From NCBI GenBank assembly GCA_040954595.2, contig CM082592.2, forward strand, positions 9,349,677 through 9,413,676: DNA of 64,000 bases, given 5' to 3'. The notes under the pieces are model-generated. The model was not told where the DNA came from. It did not search any database and saw only the letters and a program-made list of their open reading frames with translations. The stretch comes from Balanoglossus misakiensis (lineage: Eukaryota; Animalia; Hemichordata). The translations under genes were made by a program, and so were the position numbers. Positions 1 to 13,500 of this stretch are shown here, piece after piece (position 1 is the stretch's first letter; the number at the start of each line of letters is the position of its first letter).

Positions 1-3000
1 TCGACTTTGCGAATTTTCAAAATTTGGTCATTTTTTGAAAAAACCATGGGTTATAGCTCAGGAAAATGTTCAAAAATCGAGGATTTTTCGACTTTGCGAA
101 TTTTCAAAATTTGGTCATTTTTTGAAAAAAAACATGGGTTATAGCTCAGGAAAATGTTCAAAAATCTTGGATTTTTCGACTTTGCGAATTTTCAAAATTT
201 GGTCATTTTTTGAAAAAACCATGGGTTATAGCTCAGGAAAATGTTCAAAAATCGAGGATTTTTCGACTTTGCGAATTTTCAAAATTTGGTCATTTTTTGA
301 AAAAACCATGGGTTATAGCTCAGGAAAATGTTCAAAAATCGAGGATTTTTCGACTTTGCGAATTTTCAAAATTTGGTCATTTTTTGAAAAAACCATGGGT
401 TATAGCTCAGGAAAATGTTCAAAAATCGAGGATTTTTCGACTTTTCGAATTTTCAAAATTTGGTCATTTTTTGAAAAAACCATGGGTTATAGCTCAGGAA
501 AATGTTCAAAAATCGAGGATTTTTCGACTTTTCGAATTTTCAAAATTTGGTCATTTTTTGAAAAAACCATGGGTTATAGCTCAGGAAAATGTTCAAAAAT
601 CGAGGATTTTTCGACTTTTCGAATTTTCAAAATTTGGTCATTTTTTTAAAAAACCATGGGTTATAGCTCAGGAAAATGTTCAAAAATCGAGGATTTTTCG
701 ACTTTGCGAATTTTCAAAATTTAGTCATTTTTTGAAAAAACCATGGGTTATAGCTCAGGAAAATGTTCAAAAATCGAGGATTTTTCGACTTTGCGAATTT
801 TCAAAATTTGGTCATTTTTTGAAAAAACCATGGGTTATAGCTCAGGAAAATGTTCAAAAATCGAGGATTTTTCGACTTTGCGAATTTTCAAAATTTGGTC
901 ATTTTTTGAAAAAACCATGGGTTATAGCTCAGGAAAATGTTCAAAAATCGAGGATTTTTCGACTTTGCGAATTTTCAAAATTTGGTCATTTTTTTGAAAA
1001 AACCATGGGTTATAGCTCAGGAAAATGTTCAAAAATCGAGGATTTTTCGACTTTGCGAATTTTCAAAATTTGGTCATTTTTTGAAAAAACCATGGGTTAT
1101 AGCTCAGGAAAATGTTGAAAAATCGAGGATTTTTCGACTTTGCGAATTTTCAAAATTTGGTCATTTTTTGAAAAAACCATGGGTTATAGCTCAGGAAAAT
1201 GTTGAAAAATCGAGGATTTTTCGACTTTGCGAATTTTCAAAATTTGGTCATTTTTTGAAAAAACCATGGGTTATAGCTCAGGAAAATGTTCAAATATCGA
1301 GGATTTTTCGACTTTGCGAATTTTCAAAATTTGGTCATTTTTTGAAAAAACCATGGGTTATAGCTCAGGAAAATGTTCAAAAATCGAGGATTTTTCGACT
1401 TTGCGAATTTTCAAAATTTAGTCATTTTTTGAAAAAACCATGGGTTATAGCTCAGGAAAATGTTCAAAAATCGAGGATTTTTCGACTTTGCGAATTTTCA
1501 AAATTTGGTCATTTTTTGAAAAAACCATGGGTTATAGCTCAGGAAAATGTTCAAAAATCGAGGATTTTTCGACTTTGCGAATTTTCAAAATTTGGTCATT
1601 TTTTGAAAAAACCATGGGTTATAGCTCAGGAAAATGTTCAAAAATCGAGGATTTTTCGACTTTGCGAATTTTCAAAATTTGGTCATTTTTTGAAAAAACC
1701 ATGGGTTATAGCTCAGGAAAATGTTCAAAAATCGAGGATTTTTCGACTTTGCGAATTTTCAAAATTTGGTCATTTTTTGAAAAAACCATGGGTTATAGCT
1801 CAGGAAAATGTTCAAAAATCGAGGATTTTTCGACTTTTCGAATTTTCAAAATTTGGTCATTTTTTGAAAAAACCATGGGTTATAGCTCAGGAAAATGTTC
1901 AAAAATCGAGGATTTTTCGACTTTTCGAATTTTCAAAATTTGGTCATTTTTTGAAAAAACCATGGGTTATAGCTCAGGAAAATGTTCAAAAATCGAGGAT
2001 TTTTCGACTTTGCGAATTTTCAAAATTTGGTCATTTTTTGAAAAAACCATGGGTTATAGCTCAGGAAAATGTTGAAAAATCGAGGATTTTTCGACTTTGC
2101 GAATTTTCAAAATTTGGTCATTTTTTGAAAAAACCATGGGTTATAGCTCAGGAAAATGTTCAAATATCGAGGATTTTTCGACTTTGCGAATTTTCAAAAT
2201 TTGGTCATTTTTTGAAAAAACCATGGGTTATAGCTCAGGAAAATGTTCAAAAATCGAGGATTTTTCGACTTTGCGAATTTTCAAAATTTAGTCATTTTTT
2301 GAAAAAACCATGGGTTATAGCTCAGGAAAATGTTCAAAAATCGAGGATTTTTCGACTTTGCGAATTTTCAAAATTTGGTCATTTTTTGAAAAAACCATGG
2401 GTTATAGCTCAGGAAAATGTTCAAAAATCGAGGATTTTTCGACTTTGCGAATTTTCAAAATTTGGTCATTTTTTGAAAAAACCATGGGTTATAGCTCAGG
2501 AAAATGTTCAAAAATCGAGGATTTTTCGACTTTGCGAATTTTCAAAATTTGGTCATTTTTTGAAAAAACCATGGGTTATAGCTCAGGAAAATGTTCAAAA
2601 ATCGAGGATTTTTCGACTTTGCGAATTTTCAAAATTTGGTCATTTTTTGAAAAAACCATGGGTTATAGCTCAGGAAAATGTTCAAAAATCGAGGATTTTT
2701 CGACTTTGCGAATTTTCAAAATTTAGTCATTTTTTGAAAAAACCATGGGTTATAGCTCAGGAAAATGTTCAAAAATCGAGGATTTTTCGACTTTGCGAAT
2801 TTTCAAAATTTGGTCATTTTTTGAAAAAACCATGGGTTATAGCTCAGGAAAATGTTCAAAAATCGAGGATTTTTCGACTTTGCGAATTTTCAAAATTTGG
2901 TCATTTTTTGAAAAAACCATGGGTTATAGCTCAGGAAAATGTTCAAAAATCGAGGATTTTTCGACTTTGCGAATTTTCAAAATTTGGTCATTTTTTGAAA

Positions 3001-6000
3001 AAACCATGGGTTATAGCTCAGGAAAATGTTCAAATATCGAGGATGTTTCGACTTTGCGAATTTTCAAAATTTGGTCATTTTTTGAAAAAACCATGGGTTA
3101 TAGCTCAGGAAAATGTTCAAATATCGAGGATTTTTCGACTTTGCGAATTTTCAAAATTTGTTCATTTTTTGAAAAAACCATGGGTTATAGCTCAGGAAAA
3201 TGTTCAAATATCGAGGATTTTTCGACTTTGCGAATTTTCAAAATTTGTTCATTTTTTGAAAAAACCATGGGTTATAGCTCAGGAAAATGTTCAAAAATCG
3301 AGGATTTTTCGACTTTGCGAATTTTCAAAATTTGGTCATTTTTTGAAAAAACCATGGGTTATAGCTCAGGAAAATGTTCAAAAATCGAGGATTTTTCGAC
3401 TTTGCGAATTTTCAAAATTTGGTCATTTTTTGAAAAAACCATGGGTTATAGCTCAGGAAAATGTTCAAAAATCGAGGATTTTTCGACTTTGCGAATTTTC
3501 AAAATTTGGTCATTTTTTGAAAAAACCATGGGTTATAGCTCAGGAAAATGTTCAAAAATCGAGGATTTTTCGACTTTGCGAAATTTTCAAAATTTGGTCA
3601 TTTTTTGAAAAAACCATGGGTTATAGCTCAGGAAAATGTTCAAAAATCGAGTATTTTTCGACTTTGCGAATTTTCAAAATTTGGTCATTTTTTGAAAAAA
3701 CCATGGGTTATAGCTCAGGAAAATGTTCAAAAATCGAGTATTTTTCGACTTTGCGAATTTTCAAAATTTGGTCATTTTTTGAAAAAACCATGGGTTATAG
3801 CTCAGGAAAATGTTCAAAAATCGAGTATTTTTCGACTTTGCGAATTTTCAAAATTTGGTCATTTTTTGAAAAAACCATGGGTTATAGCTCAGGAAAATGT
3901 TCAAAAATCGAGGATTTTTCGACTTTGCGAATTTTCAAAATTTGGTCATTTTTTGAAAAAACCATGGGTTATAGCTCAGGAAAATGTTCAAAAATCGAGG
4001 ATTTTTCGACTTTGCGAATTTTCAAAATTTGGTCATTTTTTGAAAAAACCATGGGTTATAGCTCAGGAAAATGTTCAAAAATCGAGGATTTTTCGACTTT
4101 GCGAATTTTCAAAATTTGGTCATTTTTTGAAAAAACCATGGGTTATAGCTCAGGAAAATGTTCAAAAATCGAGGATTTTTCGACTTTGCGAATTTTCAAA
4201 ATTTGGTCATTTTTTGAAAAAACCATGGGTTATAGCTCAGGAAAATGTTGAAAAATCGAGGATTTTTCGACTTTGCGAATTTTCAAAATTTGGTCATTTT
4301 TTGAAAAAACCATGGGTTATAGCTCAGGAAAATGTTCAAATATCGAGGATTTTTCGACTTTGCGAATTTTCAAAATTTGGTCATTTTTTGAAAAAACCAT
4401 GGGTTATAGCTCAGGAAAATGTTCAAAAATCGAGGATTTTTCGACTTTGCGAATTTTCAAAATTTAGTCATTTTTTGAAAAAACCATGGGTTATAGCTCA
4501 GGAAAATGTTCAAAAATCGAGGATTTTTCGACTTTGCGAATTTTCAAAATTTGGTCATTTTTTGAAAAAACCACGGGTTATAGCTCAGGAAAATGTTCAA
4601 AAATCGAGGATTTTTCGACTTTGCGAATTTTCAAAATTTGGTCATTTTTTGAAAAAACCATGGGTTATAGCTCAGGAAAATGTTCAAAAATCGAGGATTT
4701 TTCGACTTTTCGAATTTTCAAAATTTGGTCATTTTTTGAAAAAACCATGGGTTATAGCTCAGGAAAATGTTCAAAAATCGAGGATTTTTCGACTTTGCGA
4801 ATTTTCAAAATTTGGTCATTTTTTGAAAAAACCATGGGTTATAGCTCAGGAAAATGTTCAAAAATCGAGGATTTTTCGACTTTGCGAATTTTCAAAATTT
4901 GGTCATTTTTTGAAAAAACCATGGGTTATAGCTCAGGAAAATGTTCAAAAATCGAGGATTTTTCGACTTTGCGAATTTTCAAAATTTGGTCATTTTTTGA
5001 AAAAACCATGGGTTATAGCTCAGGAAAATGTTCAAAAATCGAGGATTTTTCGACTTTGCGAATTTTCAAAATTTGGTCATTTTTTGAAAAAACTATGGGT
5101 TATAGCTCAGGAAAATGTTCAAAAATCGAGGATTTTTCGACTTTGCGAATTTTCAAAATTTGGTCATTTTTTGAAAAAACCATGGGTTATAGCTCAGGAA
5201 AATGTTCAAAAATCGAGGATTTTTCGACTTTTCGAATTTTCAAAATTTGGTCATTTTTTGAAAAAACCATGGGTTATAGCTCAGGAAAATGTTCAAAAAT
5301 CGAGGATTTTTCGACTTTTCGAATTTTCAAAATTTGGTCATTTTTTGAAAAAACCATGGGTTATAGCTCAGGAAAATGTTCAAAAATCGAGGATTTTTCG
5401 ACTTTGCGAATTTTCAAAATTTGGTCATTTTTTGAAAAAACCATGGGTTATAGCTCAGGAAAATGTTCAAAAATCGAGGATTTTTCGACTTTGCGAATTT
5501 TCAAAATTTGGTCATTTTTTGAAAAAACCATGGGTTATAGCTCAGGAAAATGTTCAAAAATCGAGGATTTTTCGACTTTGCGAATTTTCAAAATTTGGTC
5601 ATTTTTTGAAAAAACCATGGGTTATAGCTCAGGAAAATGTTGAAAAATCGAGGATTTTTCGACTTTGCGAATTTTCAAAATTTGGTCATTTTTTGAAAAA
5701 ACCATGGGTTATAGCTCAGGAAAATGTTCAAATATCGAGGATTTTTCGACTTTGCGAATTTTCAAAATTTGGTCATTTTTTGAAAAAACCATGGGTTATA
5801 GCTCAGGAAAATGTTCAAAAATCGAGGATTTTTCGACTTTGCGAATTTTCAAAATTTAGTCATTTTTTGAAAAAACCATGGGTTATAGCTCAGGAAAATG
5901 TTCAAAAATCGAGGATTTTTCGACTTTGCGAATTTTCAAAATTTGGTCATTTTTTGAAAAAACCATGGGTTATAGCTCAGGAAAATGTTCAAAAATCGAG

Positions 6001-9000
6001 GATTTTTCGACTTTGCGAATTTTCAAAATTTGGTCATTTTTTGAAAAAACCATGGGTTATAGCTCAGGAAAATGTTCAAAAATCGAGGATTTTTCGACTT
6101 TGCGAATTTTCAAAATTTGGTCATTTTTTGAAAAAACCATGGGTTATAGCTCAGGAAAATGTTCAAAAATCGAGGATTTTTCGACTTTGCGAATTTTCAA
6201 AATTTGGTCATTTTTTGAAAAAACCATGGGTTATAGCTCAGGAAAATGTTCAAAAATCGAGGATTTTTCGACTTTGCGAATTTTCAAAATTTAGTCATTT
6301 TTTGAAAAAACCATGGGTTATAGCTCAGGAAAATGTTCAAAAATCGAGGATTTTTCGACTTTGCGAATTTTCAAAATTTGGTCATTTTTTGAAAAAACCA
6401 TGGGTTATAGCTCAGGAAAATGTTCAAAAATCGAGGATTTTTCGACTTTGCGAATTTTCAAAATTTGGTCATTTTTTGAAAAAACCATGGGTTATAGCTC
6501 AGGAAAATGTTCAAAAATCGAGGATTTTTCGACTTTGCGAATTTTCAAAATTTGGTCATTTTTTGAAAAAACCATGGGTTATAGCTCAGGAAAATGTTCA
6601 AATATCGAGGATGTTTCGACTTTGCGAATTTTCAAAATTTGGTCATTTTTTGAAAAAACCATGGGTTATAGCTCAGGAAAATGTTCAAATATCGAGGATT
6701 TTTCGACTTTGCGAATTTTCAAAATTTGGTCATTTTTTGAAAAAACCATGGGTTATAGCTCAGGAAAATGTTCAAATATCGAGGATTTTTCGACTTTGCG
6801 AATTTTCAAAATTTGTTCATTTTTTGAAAAAACCATGGGTTATAGCTCAGGAAAATGTTCAAAAATCGAGGATTTTTCGACTTTGCGAATTTTCAAAATT
6901 TGGTCATTTTTTGAAAAAACCATGGGTTATAGCTCAGGAAAATGTTCAAAAATCGAGGATTTTTCGACTTTGCGAATTTTCAAAATTTAGTCATTTTTTG
7001 AAAAAACCATGGGTTATAGCTCAGGAAAATGTTCAAAAATCGAGGATTTTTCGACTTTGCGAATTTTCAAAATTTGGTCATTTTTTGAAAAAACCATGGG
7101 TTATAGCTCAGGAAAATGTTCAAAAATCGAGGATTTTTCGACTTTGCGAATTTTCAAAATTTGGTCATTTTTTGAAAAAACCATGGGTTATAGCTCAGGA
7201 AAATGTTCAAAAATCGAGGATTTTTCGACTTTGCGAATTTTCAAAATTTGGTCATTTTTTGAAAAAACCATGGGTTATAGCTCAGGAAAATGTTCAAATA
7301 TCGAGGATGTTTCGACTTTGCGAATTTTCAAAATTTGGTCATTTTTTGAAAAAACCATGGGTTATAGCTCAGGAAAATGTTCAAATATCGAGGATTTTTC
7401 GACTTTGCGAATTTTCAAAATTTGGTCATTTTTTGAAAAAACCATGGGTTATAGCTCAGGAAAATGTTCAAATATCGAGGATTTTTCGACTTTGCGAATT
7501 TTCAAAATTTGTTCATTTTTTGAAAAAACCATGGGTTATAGCTCAGGAAAATGTTCAAAAATCGAGGATTTTTCGACTTTGCGAATTTTCAAAATTTGTT
7601 CATTTTTTGAAAAAACCATGGGTTATAGCTCAGGAAAATGTTCAAAAATCGAGGATTTTTCGACTTTGCGAATTTTCAAAATTTGGTCATTTTTTGAAAA
7701 AACCATGGGTTATAGCTCAGGAAAATGTTCAAAAATCGAGGATTTTTCGACTTTGCGAATTTTCAAAATTTGGTCATTTTTTGAAAAAACCATGGGTTAT
7801 AGCTCAGGAAAATGTTCAAAAATCGAGGATTTTTCGACTTTGCGAATTTTCAAAATTTGGTCATTTTTTGAAAAAACCATGGGTTATAGCTCAGGAAAAT
7901 GTTCAAAAATCGAGGATTTTTCGTCTTTGCGAAATTTTCAAAATTTGGTCATTTTTTGAAAAAACCATGGGTTATAGCTCAGGAAAATGTTCAAAAATCG
8001 AGTATTTTTCGACTTTGCGAATTTTCAAAATTTGGTCATTTTTTGAAAAAACCATGGGTTATAGCTCAGGAAAATGTTCAAATATCGAGGATTTTTCGAC
8101 TTTGCGAATTTTCAAAATTTGTTCATTTTTTGAAAAAACCATGGGTTATAGCTCAGGAAAATGTTCAAAAATCGAGGATTTTTCGACTTTGCGAATTTTC
8201 AAAATTTGTTCATTTTTTGAAAAAACCATGGGTTATAGCTCAGGAAAATGTTCAAAAATCGAGGATTTTTCGACTTTGCGAATTTTCAAAATTTGGTCAT
8301 TTTTTGAAAAAACCATGGGTTATAGCTCAGGAAAATGTTCAAAAATCGAGGATTTTTCGACTTTGCGAATTTTCAAAATTTGGTCATTTTTTGAAAAAAC
8401 CATGGGTTATAGCTCAGGAAAATGTTCAAAAATCGAGGATTTTTCGACTTTGCGAATTTTCAAAATTTGGTCATTTTTTGAAAAAACCATGGGTTATAGC
8501 TCAGGAAAATGTTCAAAAATCGAGGATTTTTCGTCTTTGCGAAATTTTCAAAATTTGGTCATTTTTTGAAAAAACCATGGGTTATAGCTCAGGAAAATGT
8601 TCAAAAATCGAGTATTTTTCGACTTTGCGAATTTTCAAAATTTGGTCATTTTTTGAAAAAACCATGGGTTATAGCTCAGGAAAATGTTCAAAAATCGAGT
8701 ATTTTTCGACTTTGCGAATTTTCAAAATTTGGTCATTTTTTGAAAAAACCATGGGTTATAGCTCAGGAAAATGTTCAAAAATCGAGTATTTTTCGACTTT
8801 GCGAATTTTCAAAATTTGGTCATTTTTTGAAAAAACCATGGGTTATAGCTCAGGAAAATGTTCAAAAATCGAGGATTTTTCGACTTTGCGAATTTTCAAA
8901 ATTTGGTCATTTTTTGAAAAAACCATGGGTTATAGCTCAGGAAAATGTTCAAAAATCGAGGATTTTTCGACTTTGCGAATTTTCAAAATTTGGTCATTTT

Positions 9001-9300
9001 TTGAAAAAACCATGGGTTATAGCTCATGAAAATCATTCAGAAATGACAATTTTTCGACTTGCGAAATTTCAAAATTTCTTCATTTTTTCGAAAAAACCAT
9101 GGGTTATAGCTCAGGAAAATCATCCGGAAATGACAATTTTTCGACTTTTCGAAATTTCAAAATTTCTTCATTTTTTGAAAAAACCATGGGTTATAGCTCA
9201 GGAAAATGTTCAACAATCGACAATTTTTCGACTTTGCGAAATTTCAAAATTTCTTCATTTTTTCGAAAAAACCATGGGTTATAGCTCATGAAAATCATCC
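1..9300. repeat. 87-bp tandem satellite array (~107 monomers; runs off the left edge of the window)
   Basis: Consensus AAAAAACCATGGGTTATAGCTCAGGAAAATGTTCAAAAATCGAGGATTTTTCGACTTTGCGAATTTTCAAAATTTGGTCATTTTTTG repeats head-to-tail with few substitutions. Monomers diverge from ~9027 to 9300. The 29-aa repeating ORFs arise from the 87-bp period. Confidence 0.98.
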
Positions 9301-9340
9301 AAGAATTTAATTTTTTTGAAGTCAATGACCCATTGAAATT

Positions 9341-9406
9341 TGAAAAAATGATGTAATTAGCAAAGTCGCAAAATTGTTATTTTTTGATGATTTTCATGAG
9401 ATTATA
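9341..9406 (-). repeat. Inverted, degenerate copy of the satellite monomer closing the array
   Basis: Reverse complement of 9360-9406 is TATAATCTCATGAAAATCATCAAAAAAATAACAATTTTGCGACTTTGC, matching the edge-type monomer TATAGCTCATGAAAATCAT...ACAATTTTTCGACTTTGC. Confidence 0.8.
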
Positions 9407-9419
9407 CAAATAGTTGTAA

Positions 9420-9505
9420 CATGTGTTTTTTGTGACATGTATTTTTTTATATGTTTATATTTTTTCTATGGGCCTGGAGCCTGATTCAAATAAATAAATA
9501 AAAAT
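9420..9505 (+). mobile_element. Possible 3' tail remnant of a CR1/L2-type LINE
   Basis: A T-rich tract is followed by TATGGGCCTGGAGCCTGATTC (small GGC/GCC hairpin) and (AAAT)n. This resembles non-LTR 3' ends, but no ORF remains. Confidence 0.3.
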
Positions 9506-10522
9506 AGTTGATGGAGCCAACCCGCCATAGGTGTTTTATTATATCCGTGAATGGCCAGAATGACATGCTAGTTTATTGCATATATTGTTTCCGTTGTATT
9601 TACATTATTTCATTATGGTTACAACGTGTCCTGTGTCCTCGGGTACGCCCGTATGTGATTGAAATATATCGTAAATAATTACACATTGAGTTTCAAATAT
9701 AGATAGCATGACTGCGGCCTTTTAAAATACAGTAATCGAACGAAAGTAATTTCTTGATCACGCGAATTCCTGATACGGACATACTGTTGGGGGATTGCTC
9801 GAGAATTCATTGGTCCCACAAATCCCTTTCTGCAGAAGAATTTGGTGTTCCATGTCTGTTGACCAACCATAATGACGGAGACAATGAAGGGGGAAAAAGA
9901 TGTTTTTTTTTGTAATTATCTTGTGCTATTCAGACAGCACTTTTACGCAATCTACCTTTTATATTATGCCCGGTTAGCACGCAAAATAATTATTGACCTT
10001 CAATTCAAGGACACATTCACATACGTACAGTCTGCCGAACTTGAATTCCACATCAACACAGCAGGGAGCTTTGACGTCATAAAGAGGGATGAGCCATAGG
10101 AAGCGAGTGGGGTAGGGGCATAGCAATGTGCCGTAGGAGAGGGACACAGTTTACGCGACCGAGGCACCGACCTTAATTCCCCATCCCACCCCCCTCATCG
10201 TTATAACTGAAAGCTCCCTTAGTTAATGTCGCACACGTCATGTGTTGGATTTGTGCCCATATGTTTTAGAAATACACGAGAATTTGAAGAATACTGGGAA
10301 CACATGTTTCCGTGCATGTTCCAATGTGAAAAGCGCTTGGTATCACGTGACTATCTAGTGGGAGCTATATGTGCCTCCGTTTCGCCAGTATCAATTTATG
10401 TCTCTATTACCAAGGTTACAAGTTATACAAGACTACATTCTTTCCCCTGGGATTTTTAAAGGTCAGTTCTGAAAAGCCCACGGAAGGTGAAGAAGAGTTC
10501 CGCGTACTTGATCTTATCAATT

Positions 10523-13500
10523 ATGGCGATGTCTCTGTGCATGCTGTGGCTATTACTCTGTCCAGCATGGACACACTGTTTGGATTCGGCGCAAGCTACA
10601 GGTAAGGAAGTAAAATGTATATAACAACGCCCATATTTTAAGGTACTGTTGCTCGTATATCATGGCTATGGGAACGACTGGACCAGTTGCATTTTTTCAA
10701 AATTGGTCTAAGTAATGCGTCACGTCTTTGTGGGAAGCTAGCGAAGGAGAGGTAAATATTTCAGGGACGACAACGAAGCACTTAACTTTGAACATATGGA
10801 TGTAGGCCTATGTCCCTAATTGCTGCACAGAAATTTGTTGAAACTTGCCTATCTAAATGTAGCACTGCGTCAGAGCACGGGGATATATTCAGTGCAATTC
10901 TGTGGTGGTCAGTTCACTTTGTCCTTTACTTGTTCCGGTTACAAAAAAGGATGGGTACAACAATAAACGTCGATTCCAACTGTGGTGGTTCAACCTTACA
11001 ATAGTAAACAATCGATTTGGACCCAACTTGACCCTGGGTGCATGTACCGCCTGACAAGACCTATTTTCATGTCCATTGACTTTAGAACGGGGGCTGAATT
11101 TTGGGGCGTCCAGCTTTAGATGTGCGTGTGGTGTTCTATGGGTGTGGAAACATTTCGCCTTTGTCATAATTTCTCGTGTGCCCATGGCTCGACGCTGGTT
11201 GAAAAAATAAACCAATTATGTTATGTTGCAATTAACATGATCTACCAGCAACACTACCTCATTTATTTCTATATTAGGGGTTTTGAAACATTCACTTTAT
11301 TTAGTTTTCCATTGTAAAGATACGATGGAGCCACGGAGAGCAACACACTTCCAAAGTAAACATACTTGTATGCTTATTTTCAGGTTTCGGAAAACACGAT
11401 CCTCTCTCGGGGCAGGCGGCAGGGAAGAACGAAATTAAACGTTGGCATGTCCAGACGTTTGTCATGGAAACGGGGAAGAGTGGTGGACATCACAAGAGGG
11501 ACCTCACGGACAATGATGACACAATGGAAGAGGAATACACTCAGGTATATCGACGAAATATTATCCTGCTCCCACCGTTTTTTCCTCTGAAACAAACATT
11601 CAAACAACCTCGGCTCCTTAAAATGTTGAAGGTTGACGACCAGCCATTAAACCTTGAAACTGACACGAGTGGGTCCCTCCCGAGATGTTGCTATGCCAAC
11701 AAGTGTTAGGATGGTGCAATGCCGACAAGTGGTTGGAATAAGTTAGACGGCTCATAACTTAGTTCAATCGCTTTTCTCTGGCCGTGGCGTTATCGCTGAA
11801 TGAACGCAAGATCTAACAACAATTTCTTTACTTACCTGCTATCCAGATGCACCTGGTGGGTTGCCACTATCTTACCATCTTCCCTTTGTTCGATTCTTTC
11901 CAGGACTTCCACGAATACTATCGAGCGAAATATTATTCTGGTGAAGACGCTCTCACGAGATGGTGGGTGGACATGGGGTCAAAAGCGCTGAGACATGGCA
12001 CTCTGTCGGTTAGTGACAGAGGGGCGGAGGTATGAGATTGGGCCCTTTCACTTTTCGACTGGAATTCTAAATTCCAGTATTGTACACGTTAAATGATCCT
12101 TTAGTTTTAGGGACTGGTCAGTTTAATTGACTGTGGGTGCCGTCGTCGTTGTTGTTGTTGTTGTTTGCTGACATGACCAGGTTTCCACATGATTCCCACG
12201 CCCCTGGCAACATTTTCCAAGACATGCCCCCCCCCCCCCACACACACACACTTGGGCATGAAGAATGCCAAGTATTGATGACAATAGGATATTCCAGTAC
12301 GAGCCATGTATATTTATGCCTTTATTCATAGAACATACATGAGAAATAGCCACATTATCTGCATCATCTTGAAAACATTGTAAATCTTATTTATTTCTTG
12401 ACCACAAACGTATATGTCTTTCTAAGCGTAAAACTCATTGTATTAACTTGCATTGGTGTTTTAATTCAGCGGATTTTTATCTTTCTATCTATGCAGGTGC
12501 TTCCTCTGCGATTCAGCTTCCAATTCTACGGCCACAACATCAGTTCTGTCGTCATCACATCTGGAGGTAATAACAGAAATGCTGCTACCTCAAATAGGTT
12601 TTCACTTTGTGCTAGGGGGTCAAATCGCATAATAATAATCAATGTTGTCTCTGTTGCAGGGTTTCTGTATGTTGGATCATATATACACCCCTTTCTGTCA
12701 GCATCTCAATATATAGCTCCTTTAATGGCGAACTTTGACCTTTCCGATTACCTGTCCTATATCAAATACATCAATGGTGGTAAGTTCATGAATTCAGTAC
12801 AAGACGAGCGATGTATAATACAATGTTGCCTTTTTACATATAATTTTCAAAATCGAAGATCTGTAAACTCAGCCTATACCATGCTCAATACGTTGCAATA
12901 CGATAAAATACAAAGATTAAAATACAATACAATACAATACAATGCATCCAATACAGCACATCACAATACAATACATGTACATTTTAAATAAACCTGACTC
13001 ATTTCTTTTCATATTACGCCCGACAGAAACTGTATTCTCGGTGGAGTGGCACGGAATTAAAGCAAAAGGCACAGAATACGGTATATTTAATTACAATGAT
13101 TGTTAAAATATTGGCATAAGATTATTGCGTTCATAAGAAATGCCGTTTATCCCTATCTCGTATTTCTATGCACACTTTCATCCATATGTATGCAATCATT
13201 TTCCCTGGTGCATATTGTTTCATGTGATTTACAGTTCAGGTATTCGTGATATTTTAAGTAATTTCTTTCAGCACGCCAATGTTCGTTTCGAGTATAACTA
13301 TTTCATCCGGCACATTAATTAACAGCATCGTTTCGTCTGAACATGCATTCTTGTGTCAAAAAATACCGACGGTTGTTATATGAATACAAGCTTAAACATG
13401 TAAGCAATCGAACCGAAATACTAGTACATTGTAGTACATGATATTGAGAACAAAAATAGAAGTACAAAATAACCAAAAGTTAAGGTTGCTGTCTATTTCA

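Noticed and set aside
35-9291. Long repetitive ORFs (up to 1673 aa) in the satellite
   Set aside because: The monomer is 87 bp (divisible by 3) and lacks stops in two frames. Both frames are open, single-base indels swap them freely, and there is no non-repetitive coding context.
1-9300. CRISPR array or CENP-B box
   Set aside because: There are no unique spacers and the context is eukaryotic. The spacing TTCG-N4-A-N2-CGGG is not met by the monomer.
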